Virus record (IMG/VR): IMGVR_UViG_2684623050_000001
Location: 53,698 to 117,697 of that record
Source: a virus
Lineage: Duplodnaviria; Caudoviricetes
DNA length: 64,000 nt
Strand: one strand, 5' to 3'
Position numbers and translations under genes: made by a program
Shown: positions 48,879 to 57,443 of the stretch, piece after piece
How positions within the stretch are numbered: position 1 is the first letter of the stretch
How the letters are laid out: the number at the start of each line of letters is the position of its first letter
The notes under the pieces: generated by a model
What the model was told of the DNA's origin: nothing
What the model saw: only the letters and a program-made list of their open reading frames with translations
Databases searched by the model: none

Positions 48879-49906
48879 GCTGCCTCCTTGTTGCAGTCAG
48901 TGCTGACTGACGTTTCGGGGTAAAAGGGCTCGACCCAGCGGTCGATGTCCTTCGTGATGGAGTTGAAGACCCGCTCCTTGCAGAACTCCTCGAAGGCTTC
49001 GAGATCGAACTGCCCCTTGTTGAGGCGCGGGCGCTCGGGCTGGGGAATGTCCGGATGGTTGAGGTCCATCAGACGCAGGTTGCGGTAGAACCGATCCCGC
49101 TTCTCCGGCTCCGAGCAGAAGTCGGCGAGCTTCTTGGGGACCTTGACCTTCTGGATCTCGACCGCCTCGAAGAAGCCCTTCACGTCGCCGAACTGGATGA
49201 CCAGCTCGATCGCGCCCTTCTCGCCGACGCCGCCGACGCCGGGGATGTTGTCGCCGGCATCACCCTGGAGCGCCTTGCATTCGAGGAAGGCGCGCGGGGA
49301 GGGGACGCCTCGCCACTCGACGTCCTCGATCAGGTCCGGCAGGCCGGCGCCCTGCTTGACCTTCTGGGTCTTCATGTAGCCGATCTTCTCGGAGAAGGTC
49401 GCCGACGTGATGCGCTTGTCCTGGATCGGGTCCCACCAGTTCACGCCCGGCTGGACGAGCTGGAGCCAGTCCTTGTCGCCGGAGCAGAGCACGACGCGCT
49501 GGCCCAGGGCCCGATAGCGACGCACCAGGATGCCGGCCCAGTCGTCGGCTTCGAGGTTGGCCGCGGTGAGCTGGGGCACGCCGAGCAGCGAGAGCGCCTT
49601 GCCGAGCACGGGCTTCTGCTTGCGCCAGCTCTCGCGCACAGCCATCTGCGCGATCTCGTAGGGCTTGACCGAACCGGACTTGTCCCGGTTCTCCTTGTAT
49701 TCCTCGAAGGCGTCCTTGCGCCACGTCGCACCGTCCCACAGGACGATGGGCTTGAGCATGGGGTAGCGTGCCAGCGCCACGCGGATCATCCGCAGGCCAC
49801 CGAACACGCCCTGAACCTCGACGTCGCCCACGGTGAGCTTCGTGGTCGAGGTCGCCGCGAACCCGATGTTGTTCGCGTCGATGAGCAGATAGCCGATCTT
49901 TTCCAT
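48875..49906 (-). CDS. 5'-3' exonuclease/flap endonuclease (T4 RNase H-like)
   Basis: LLIDAN, YKENR, EADD, SGDKD, GDAGDNIPGVGGVGEK. Confidence 0.9.
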   Translation of the reverse strand: MEKIGYLLIDANNIGFAATSTTKLTVGDVEVQGVFGGLRMIRVALARYPMLKPIVLWDGATWRKDAFEEYKENRDKSGSVKPYEIAQMAVRESWRKQKPVLGKALSLLGVPQLTAANLEADDWAGILVRRYRALGQRVVLCSGDKDWLQLVQPGVNWWDPIQDKRITSATFSEKIGYMKTQKVKQGAGLPDLIEDVEWRGVPSPRAFLECKALQGDAGDNIPGVGGVGEKGAIELVIQFGDVKGFFEAVEIQKVKVPKKLADFCSEPEKRDRFYRNLRLMDLNHPDIPQPERPRLNKGQFDLEAFEEFCKERVFNSITKDIDRWVEPFYPETSVSTDCNKEAA

Positions 49907-49999
49907 TTCTGAGCCTCCTGACGGGCAAAGGGCGTCAGCCGCTGCCGACTGACGCCCCATGTGAAGACGGGCGCTGACGCCCGTCCCGTGTGCCCTGGA

Positions 50000-50944
50000 T
50001 CAGGCGTCGAGGTCGTTGAGCAGGTCGGCGAGCTCGGAATCCTCGTCGACAGCGGCCGGGGCGGGCTTGGCAGCCGCCTTGGTCGGGGTCTTCTTGGGCT
50101 CCTCCTCGATCACCGCGTCCTCGACGTCGGGCTCCTCCTCGACCACGGTGCGGGTCGGGGCGGCACGACGCGGGGCCGGACGCTCCTCCTCGACCTCGGC
50201 ATCGGCCACCTTCGCCGAGCTGCCGGTCAGGAGACCAGCGGCGCGGGCCGGGGCCGCGAGGGCGAGCGAGATGCCGGTGATGCCGGAGATGGCATTCAGC
50301 GCCTTGTTCTCCTCGCCGCGGAAGAACTCCTTCTCGATGAAGGCATCGAGATCGAGCTCCTTGGCCTTGGTCATCTGGTCCTTGGTCACGCGCTCGGAGC
50401 CGCGGAGCTTCGGCATCACCTTGTATTCGGTGTCCTTGCCCTTGCCGGAGCGGGTGATGATGAAGTCCAGACCCTCCTCCGCGTCGAACGGGTCGACCTC
50501 GGAGCCGTATTCCTCGGCCATCGTCATCAGCGACCCGAAGGTCGTCGGGGTCAGTTCGAGGATCTGCGGGTCGGGCGAGCCGTCGGCGCCATCACGGATG
50601 ATCGCCTTCACCAGGACCGACTTGCGGGTCTTCATCTCGGCGACCAGCTTGAGGGTCTGGTCGTCGCCGACGTGCTTGGCCGCCTTCTCGATCGCGGCGT
50701 CGATGGGGCACGGCTTGTCGTAGACGACATCCGAGCAGCCGACGACCGCGAGCACCTTGCCGGCCTCGTCCTTGATCCAGTGAACGCCGAGGTCGCGCCA
50801 GAACTTGCCCTCGGTCTGGATGATGCGGACGGTGGTCCGGCCTTCCTTGATCTTGATCGTCTTACCCGAACCGCGGGAGTAGCGGTTCTTGGCGCCCTTG
50901 ATGAGCGCCATCATTTCGGGGGACATACCAGCCATTTTCGTCAC
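50000..50944 (-). CDS. gp32-like single-stranded DNA-binding protein
   Basis: G-TVRII, H...C...CP motif, G.DFII..SG.G..TEY, acidic tail DLLNDLDA; replication context. Confidence 0.65.
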   Translation of the reverse strand: MTKMAGMSPEMMALIKGAKNRYSRGSGKTIKIKEGRTTVRIIQTEGKFWRDLGVHWIKDEAGKVLAVVGCSDVVYDKPCPIDAAIEKAAKHVGDDQTLKLVAEMKTRKSVLVKAIIRDGADGSPDPQILELTPTTFGSLMTMAEEYGSEVDPFDAEEGLDFIITRSGKGKDTEYKVMPKLRGSERVTKDQMTKAKELDLDAFIEKEFFRGEENKALNAISGITGISLALAAPARAAGLLTGSSAKVADAEVEEERPAPRRAAPTRTVVEEEPDVEDAVIEEEPKKTPTKAAAKPAPAAVDEDSELADLLNDLDA

Positions 50945-51198
50945 ACTTTCTGCTTGCTAGGTGGGCCGAAGCCCTTGGTGCTGCTTGGATTGCTTGCTTT
51001 CGCTAAGTCGCTGTTTAGCGTTCGCTCTTGCTATATAGCGACTTCGCGTCGGCGTTTTCGTGTCTTGCGACAGGAAACATCAGCGCTTGCTGATCCGGTG
51101 ATACCCGCGCCATCCGCCGAAGCGGGGACGGTTGCGGGTGAGGTAGCCCCAGGTGCCGAACCAGCAGCACCCGAGGATGAGAGCGATGACGTCGGAGC

Positions 51199-51750
51199 TC
51201 ATGCGGCCTCCGCGTCGGTGGAGCCGGCCCGGCGAGCCTCGAAGCGGGACCGCTGGCGCTCGGCCGCGGACTGCATCTCGGCCTCGGCCGCCTGGCGCCG
51301 GGAGATCGAGACCTCGCCCTTCATCTCCTCGCGGGAGATCAGGCCCATCTGCACCAGCATGTCGCGCCGGTGCCGGAAGGCTTCGAGCGCGGCCTTCGCC
51401 ACGTTCTCGACCTGCTTGGCCTCGTTGAGCGCCCGCTTGGTGACGATGACCTGCCGCTCGCGCGCGACGCGACCGGCGATCGAGGCCTCGGTGAACTTCT
51501 CCCCGAGGTTGGTGAGGCGGTCGCGAATCTCGCGGCCGGCGCGGGCCTCCTGGTTCTCCAGGAGGAGCTTGAGGTCGTCGACCTGCTTCGAGGCGAGGGA
51601 CGCCTGGATGCCGTAGTGGACGAACAGTGAGGACTGCTCGACCATGCCGGACGTCAGGTCCGAGGGCGAGAAGCGGATGTCCCGCTTCAGCTCCTCGGCG
51701 TTGACGAACATCTTGACCTTGGGGACGGTGACGGTCGGTTCGTCCGACAT
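51199..51750 (-). CDS. UvsY-like helical recombination mediator
   Basis: KFTEASI..V, ALEAFRHRRDML; adjacent to SSB. Confidence 0.55.
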   Translation of the reverse strand: MSDEPTVTVPKVKMFVNAEELKRDIRFSPSDLTSGMVEQSSLFVHYGIQASLASKQVDDLKLLLENQEARAGREIRDRLTNLGEKFTEASIAGRVARERQVIVTKRALNEAKQVENVAKAALEAFRHRRDMLVQMGLISREEMKGEVSISRRQAAEAEMQSAAERQRSRFEARRAGSTDAEAA

Positions 51751-52013
51751 CACACGCGCTCCGGCCAGTGCCAGGTGCCCTCTTCGCCCGGCGCGCCCTC
51801 GCGGATCGCGTCGATGGTCGGATAGGGCGTCGCACCGGGCGGGAAGATCGTCAGGGCGCAGACGGTGCCGACGCCCTGCTTCTTCTCCGCGTCGTTGGGT
51901 TCGTAGACCGCGGTAATCATCGCGGCCCAGCGGACGCCGGCCTTCGTGCGACCGCACTCCCGCGTCGTGTAGTGGACCATGCGCCCGACGCTCGGGCGCT
52001 GCTTCTGAGCCAT
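51750..52013 (-). CDS. Hypothetical phage protein
   Basis: PSVGRMVHY...AAMIT...WHWPER. Confidence 0.7.
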   Translation of the reverse strand: MAQKQRPSVGRMVHYTTRECGRTKAGVRWAAMITAVYEPNDAEKKQGVGTVCALTIFPPGATPYPTIDAIREGAPGEEGTWHWPERV

Positions 52014-52077
52014 GTCTGCCTGTGCTCCTACTCAGTCAGTGCTGACTGATTTGTTATAGCGAAAAGAGAGCGGCGCT

Positions 52078-55000
52078 TCACTCGGTAAGCGACGCGGCGA
52101 CAGCGAAGACCTCATCGAGCTTGGCCTGCTTGGCGGGCTCGAAGAAGATCTCACCCGGAGCGAACCCGATCACGAGGTTGGCGTCGAGAGCCTTGGAATA
52201 GACGACCTCACCCGCGAACTCGGACGCCTTGCCCTTGAAGTCGGGGATGAAGTGCCGGACGGTCGAGGAGCCGAGCAGCACGATGCAGGGCGGCTTCAGG
52301 ATCTCGATCTCCTTCATCAGGTAGGGCGAGTAGGCGGTGATCTCCTTCGGGGAGACCTGCTTGCCCTCCTTGGGCCGCTTGATGAGGGCGGTCCAATAGG
52401 CGTCCTGCCGCTGAAGATCGGCTGCATCGAGCGCGGCCTTGATCCACTCGTTCATCGTGCCGCCCGTCTTCGAGCCGAGGAACGACATGAAGCCGCTCTC
52501 GTCCTCGCCCTTGGCCGGGCAGTCGGTGATGACCATGAACCGGGCCTTGCGGCCGATCGTGGGCTTAACGGGCATGCCGTCGTCATGGTGCCCGTCGCAG
52601 TAATCCGCGACCAGCGTGATGATCTTAGCCTTCTCGAAGGAGCCGATGTCCATCTCGCGCGCGATCGGGACGTGCGCCGTGATGAGGCCGGGGAGCAGCT
52701 CGCGCTGATCCTTGACCCGGCTGTCGTGCTTGGCCGGCAGCTGACCAGGCTCGATGCGCGCGAAGGCGCCCACCTTGTTCAGCGTCTCGACGTGCCGGAC
52801 GTTGCAGCGACGCCGCTCCACCCGGTCGGTCAGGTCCTGCATCGACTTGAACGGCCCGGCCGCGCGCGCCTTCAGAATCGCGTCCGTCGTGTTGGCCGAG
52901 ATCCCCTTGATCCGGTTGAAGGGCATGCAGAGCCGGGCATCGGTCACGATCTCGAACTGGCCCGTCGAGTGGTTGATGTCGGGCAGGTCGACCTCGATCC
53001 CCATCCGCTCGGCGTCCTTCATCAGGCCGGGCAGCTTGTCCTGACCCATCTGCGACAGCGCAGCCGCGAAGAACTCCACCGCGTAGTAGGTCTTCAGATA
53101 CATGGCCTGATAGGAGATCAGGGTGTATTCGACCGAGTGCGACTTGTTGAAGCCGTAGCCGGCGAAGCCCTCGATCTTGTCGAACAGCGCGCCCGCCCAG
53201 TTGGCATCCTGCTTGACCGTATCCACGCAGCCCTGGACGAACTTGCCGCGCTCCTTCGCCATCTCCTCGGGCAGCTTCTTGCCCATGATCTTGCGCAGCT
53301 TGTCGGCCTGGGGACCCGTGTAGCCGGCGATCACCTGGGAGATCTGCATGACCTGCTCCTGGTAGACCATCACGCCGAAGGTCGGCTTGAGGATCGGCTC
53401 CATGAGCGGGTGGTCGTATTCGACCTCCTCGATCCCCTGCTTGCGCTTCCAGTAGCTGTCCATCATGCCCGATTCCATCGGACCCGGACGGTAGAGCGCG
53501 GTCGCGGCCGTGATGTCGTCGAAGCAGATCGTGCCGTCCTTGCCGAGCTCCTTCAGCAGGCGCCGCATGCCGCCGCCCTCGAACTGGAAGATGCCTGTCG
53601 AGATCGCCTTGGCGAAATTCTCCAGCACCTTCGGATCGTCGAGCGGGATGCGCAGCAGGTCGACCGTCTTGCCGCGGCGCTTGCGGATGTAGTCGCGCGT
53701 GGCCTCGATCAGGTCGAGCGTGTTCAGGCCCAGGATGTCCATCTTGACCAGGCCCTGGTCCTCGACGATGCGCTTGTCCCAGCAGACGACCGGCAGCTCC
53801 GGAACCTCTTCCTCGCCCTCCTTGGGCTTGGCCGGGGCCTTGCGACGCTCGATCACCGCCCGCTCGACCAGATCGCAGCCGGCCACGACGACGCCGGCCG
53901 CGTGCTGACCCAGCGCCGACATGCAGCCTTCGAGCTCGCCGGCCGTCTTGGCGAGGAACGGGTTCTTGCTCGCCCAGTCGGCGATCTCCGGGACCTCCTT
54001 GATCGCCTCGACGAGCTTGACGGGCTGGCCGTGCTTCTTGGGCACGAACTTCGAGCAGCGGTAGTCGTCCTCGGGCAGGCGGAAGGACTTCGACACGCCG
54101 CGGATGGCCGACGAGGCGCCGAGCTTGAGGAAGTTCGACACGCCCGCGACGCGCTTGGCGCCATACTTGTTGATGAGGTAGGTGAAGACCTCGTGGCGCC
54201 GCGCCGACATGAAGTCGAGGTCGGCGTCGGGAAGGTCGAGACGCTCGGGGTTGATGAAGCGCTCGAACAGGAGACCGAAGCGGATCGGATCGCAGTCGGT
54301 GATCCCCATCAGGTAGGCGATCAGCGAGCCACCCACGGAGCCGCGGCCGGGCCCGACGGCGATGCCGGCGCCCTTGGCGAACTGCACCACGTCCTGCACG
54401 AGCAGGAAGTAGCCGCAGAACTTGAGGTTCTTGAGCACGGACAGCTCATACTTGAGCCGCGGCGTGTAGACCTCCTTGAGCTCGTCCAGGCTCGGCCGGT
54501 GCCCGAAGACCTGCGCGCCGAACCGCTTCGACCAGCCCTTCTTGCACTCGGTCACGACAGCCGCGAACTCGTCGGGCGCCATCACCGGCAGCGAGGGCGC
54601 GAACTTCTGCCACTCGTATGTGACCTTGGAGACCAGCGTCTCGGTGTTCTTGAGGCCCTGGAGGAAGGCCCCGCCCGCGCCCTTCACGCCGCGGAACTCC
54701 ACGAGCCGGCGCTGGCTCTCCTTGCAGAGCTCCACGAGACCCTTGAGCGAGCGCGGGTGCATGTCGCGCGCCGCGTTGATGTAGGCCCAGGGCTCGTCCA
54801 TCTTCACGTTGCGGCGGATTGCGTTCATGACGTCGGTCGCGTCGGCCCCGCCCTCGGGATAGAGGCTCGGGATCGTCGTGAGCAGCGGCAGGCCCAGCGT
54901 GTTCGCCAGCTCGATCGCGCGCGTGTTCACCGTGTCCCAGTAGGGCGTGTGAATGGGCGTGAGCGTGAGGAACACGTTCTCGCGCGTCACAGCGTCAGCG

Positions 55001-55482
55001 ATGCGCTGCAAGATGCTCTGCGCGTCAGCATGCGTTCCGACGCTGTATGCGTCGCTAGACGCGATTGCGACGTCATCCGCAGTGAGCGTGTCGAGCACTG
55101 AATAGAGATCAGCGAACGACAGCTTGGCGTTGTTGTAGAAATGGTCCTCGTCGTTGGCGAGCGACAGAAGCTTGTAGAGCCCCATCAGGCCCGCGCCCGA
55201 GAGCACGTAGTAGGTGACGAAGAACTCGGCCGGAGCCTTCTTGTCGTCCTTCGTCTTGCGCCAGGTGATGTCGTCGACCAGGCGCAGGCGGGCGCCGATG
55301 ATCGGCTTGATCCCGGCCGCCTTCGCCTTCGTCGTCAGCTCGGGCAAACCCGTGACGGACATGGTGTCGGTCAGCGCGATGGCCTTGGAGCCGAGCTCCG
55401 CGGCCTGCTTCACGAGCTTGCCGATGTCGTTGATGGATTCGCCGATCGAGAAGTTGGACCGGGCGGCCAGGATCGCGTGCAT
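52078..55482 (-). CDS. dnaE: DNA polymerase III alpha subunit fused to a C-terminal uracil-DNA-glycosylase-like domain
   Basis: PHP domain, GPGRGS, FERFINPER, PDADLDF, KMDILG, YGFNKSH; C-terminal KEIEILKPPCIVLLG. Confidence 0.93.
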   Translation of the reverse strand: MHAILAARSNFSIGESINDIGKLVKQAAELGSKAIALTDTMSVTGLPELTTKAKAAGIKPIIGARLRLVDDITWRKTKDDKKAPAEFFVTYYVLSGAGLMGLYKLLSLANDEDHFYNNAKLSFADLYSVLDTLTADDVAIASSDAYSVGTHADAQSILQRIADAVTRENVFLTLTPIHTPYWDTVNTRAIELANTLGLPLLTTIPSLYPEGGADATDVMNAIRRNVKMDEPWAYINAARDMHPRSLKGLVELCKESQRRLVEFRGVKGAGGAFLQGLKNTETLVSKVTYEWQKFAPSLPVMAPDEFAAVVTECKKGWSKRFGAQVFGHRPSLDELKEVYTPRLKYELSVLKNLKFCGYFLLVQDVVQFAKGAGIAVGPGRGSVGGSLIAYLMGITDCDPIRFGLLFERFINPERLDLPDADLDFMSARRHEVFTYLINKYGAKRVAGVSNFLKLGASSAIRGVSKSFRLPEDDYRCSKFVPKKHGQPVKLVEAIKEVPEIADWASKNPFLAKTAGELEGCMSALGQHAAGVVVAGCDLVERAVIERRKAPAKPKEGEEEVPELPVVCWDKRIVEDQGLVKMDILGLNTLDLIEATRDYIRKRRGKTVDLLRIPLDDPKVLENFAKAISTGIFQFEGGGMRRLLKELGKDGTICFDDITAATALYRPGPMESGMMDSYWKRKQGIEEVEYDHPLMEPILKPTFGVMVYQEQVMQISQVIAGYTGPQADKLRKIMGKKLPEEMAKERGKFVQGCVDTVKQDANWAGALFDKIEGFAGYGFNKSHSVEYTLISYQAMYLKTYYAVEFFAAALSQMGQDKLPGLMKDAERMGIEVDLPDINHSTGQFEIVTDARLCMPFNRIKGISANTTDAILKARAAGPFKSMQDLTDRVERRRCNVRHVETLNKVGAFARIEPGQLPAKHDSRVKDQRELLPGLITAHVPIAREMDIGSFEKAKIITLVADYCDGHHDDGMPVKPTIGRKARFMVITDCPAKGEDESGFMSFLGSKTGGTMNEWIKAALDAADLQRQDAYWTALIKRPKEGKQVSPKEITAYSPYLMKEIEILKPPCIVLLGSSTVRHFIPDFKGKASEFAGEVVYSKALDANLVIGFAPGEIFFEPAKQAKLDEVFAVAASLTE

Positions 55483-55964
55483 TAGCTTCGGGGTCTCCGA
55501 TTTTGAGCCTGCTGCACGGGCGTCGCCCAGCGGCAGTTGTCAGGCTCGTAGTTTCCGTTGGTATCCTCGCGGTCGAGGGTCTTGTTGGGCGGTCGCTCGC
55601 CCATGTCCGCGAGGAAGTTCTCGAAGCTGTCCCAGCGGGCGCAAATCGTGATGCCGCGTCCGCCGTAGTAGCTGTAATTCTCGGCGTCCGGATTCAGGCA
55701 GCGATTACGCATCATCTGCCAGGACGTATAGGTTCGATCGTGCGTCTTACCGTGAGTGCGGCGCTTCTCGCTGCGGAGCTCAATGGAGATGCAGCCACAA
55801 GACTGCACCTTTCCCCTGCGAAGACGATTGCCCGTCGTCGTGAGCTCCGACCCGCAGTCGCACCGGCACTTCCAGGCGGCTGCGGGTCCGATGTTACCGT
55901 CGCGCTCGATCACGGTGAGCTTGCCGAAGCGCTCACCACTCATGTCGGGAGCGACGTAAGCCAC
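55482..55964 (-). CDS. HNH-type homing endonuclease-like protein
   Basis: CRCDCG, SCGC, YGGRGITIC, LDREDTNGNYEPDNCRWAT. Confidence 0.85.
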   Translation of the reverse strand: MAYVAPDMSGERFGKLTVIERDGNIGPAAAWKCRCDCGSELTTTGNRLRRGKVQSCGCISIELRSEKRRTHGKTHDRTYTSWQMMRNRCLNPDAENYSYYGGRGITICARWDSFENFLADMGERPPNKTLDREDTNGNYEPDNCRWATPVQQAQNRRPRS

Positions 55965-56272
55965 TAATCCTCCAGGCTCATCCAGTTGACGACGGTCACG
56001 TTCTTGAACTCGCCGCTCTGCTCGATCAGGGCGACGGCGTTCATGATCTCGACCGCGGTGCGCAGCGTCGTGAGGCCGGACAGGATCTTCCAGCCCATGC
56101 GCAGGTCGCCGGCCTCGTCGACGTGGCTGAAGACGAGGTAGACCTTGGCGAGGGGCGGCTTGCGCTCCTCGGGCTTCTTCGCGTCCTTGGCCGCGGCGCG
56201 GGCAGCCGCGCGACGCTGGGCCCGGTTCGGGATCGGTCCCTCGGCCGGGGCTTCTTCGGTGCCAGTGGTCAT
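55964..56272 (-). CDS. Hypothetical protein with Arg-rich NRAQRR motif
   Basis: Coupled ORF. Confidence 0.65.
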   Translation of the reverse strand: MTTGTEEAPAEGPIPNRAQRRAAARAAAKDAKKPEERKPPLAKVYLVFSHVDEAGDLRMGWKILSGLTTLRTAVEIMNAVALIEQSGEFKNVTVVNWMSLED

Positions 56273-56817
56273 CAGTTCCTCATGAGTGTCAGGCGGCCAT
56301 TGCTGTTGGATGCTGCACCCAGGGCCTCAAGCGCCTGGAATGCCTGGGTCGCGTGGGCGGCCGCCGTGCCCTCGGACCAATTCAGCTTCTGCTGGAATGC
56401 CTTGATGAGGAGAGCGCGCTCGACGCCCTGGTCGAGCTTCATCATCAGGTGGCAGGCCACAGCGAGAAATCCGATCTTCGTGCCGGCGAAGGGGTTGCGC
56501 CCCTCGGCCAGCGCTTCCGTCACCTTGATCCCCATGCGCTCGATGCGCGCCAGGAGCTCGGCGACCTTCTTGGGCATCTCGGACGTCAGAGCGCCCGGAG
56601 CCGCGGTCGCGGCAGCGACGGGAGCGGGAGCAGGGGAGGGCGTGCGGGTCCGCTTGACCGGCGCCACGATCCCCAGCTCCGCGCGTCGGCGTGCCAGCTG
56701 CTCCGCACCGATCGCCTGACACCGGCCGGCGAACGGGCAGGTGCTGCACTCGGGCGAGCCCTCCTTGAACGAGAGCGCGAAGCCGTAGCAGCCAGGTGCG
56801 AGAGCAATGTCAGTCAT
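56272..56817 (-). CDS. Zn-finger plus putative winged-helix protein
   Basis: PGCYG...CSTCPFAGRC; WSEGTAAAHATQAFQALEALG. Confidence 0.7.
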   Translation of the reverse strand: MTDIALAPGCYGFALSFKEGSPECSTCPFAGRCQAIGAEQLARRRAELGIVAPVKRTRTPSPAPAPVAAATAAPGALTSEMPKKVAELLARIERMGIKVTEALAEGRNPFAGTKIGFLAVACHLMMKLDQGVERALLIKAFQQKLNWSEGTAAAHATQAFQALEALGAASNSNGRLTLMRN

Positions 56818-57443
56818 TACTGATTGATTTCCGTTTGCAGCACAACGGAGACCTCCTTGATCTCCGCGTAGATCCGATTGCGGCCCGCCTGCCCGATCCC
56901 CATGAAATCGAGGATCAGGTTGCCGGTGATCGCCTTGGGCGCCGATGAGGCGATGCCCCGCTCGCGCGCCGTCTTGGCCCGGCATTGGATCGCCTGCAGC
57001 TCCTCGAACAGGAAGGCAGGCGGGTTGTTCAGCAGCTTGACGAAGGTCGCCGCCTCGATCGAGAGCTCCGATAGGGCGCGCTCGAAGGAGTGCTTCTCCT
57101 CCAGGAGCTCGTCCGGCCGGGCGCTGTCGTCCGAGACCAGCCACTCGTGCGCCTCGGAACCCTCCTCGCTGTCGCCGCCCGCATCGAGCGACATGGCGTA
57201 GGCCGAGTGCCCGATCTGGTCGTCGATCCAGCGGTTGACGTGGTTCATCAGACCGCGGGCGAGGTAGGCGCGCCAGGGCACGCCCAGGCTCGCGTCGAAT
57301 TTCTGGCTGGCGATCGTCCAGGCGAGCGACATCTCGCCTACGACGTCCTCCAGGCCGACGCTGCGGGCGCCGGCCGCGTGAGCGCGCCGCAGGTAGCGGG
57401 GCGCCCACTTCTTCAGGGTGGGGTAGTCGTCCTCGAAGCGCAT
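56817..57443 (-). CDS. Phage sigma-factor-like protein (sigma70 region 2)
   Basis: EDVVGEMSLAWTIASQKFDASLGVPWRAYL resembles region 2; MSLD, PDELLE. Confidence 0.7.
   Translation of the reverse strand: MRFEDDYPTLKKWAPRYLRRAHAAGARSVGLEDVVGEMSLAWTIASQKFDASLGVPWRAYLARGLMNHVNRWIDDQIGHSAYAMSLDAGGDSEEGSEAHEWLVSDDSARPDELLEEKHSFERALSELSIEAATFVKLLNNPPAFLFEELQAIQCRAKTARERGIASSAPKAITGNLILDFMGIGQAGRNRIYAEIKEVSVVLQTEINQ

Noticed and set aside
29931-55101. Long plus-strand ORFs (29931-32126, 36096-38684, 52252-55101, also 10869-12575)
   Set aside because: Antisense shadows of well-supported high-GC minus-strand genes
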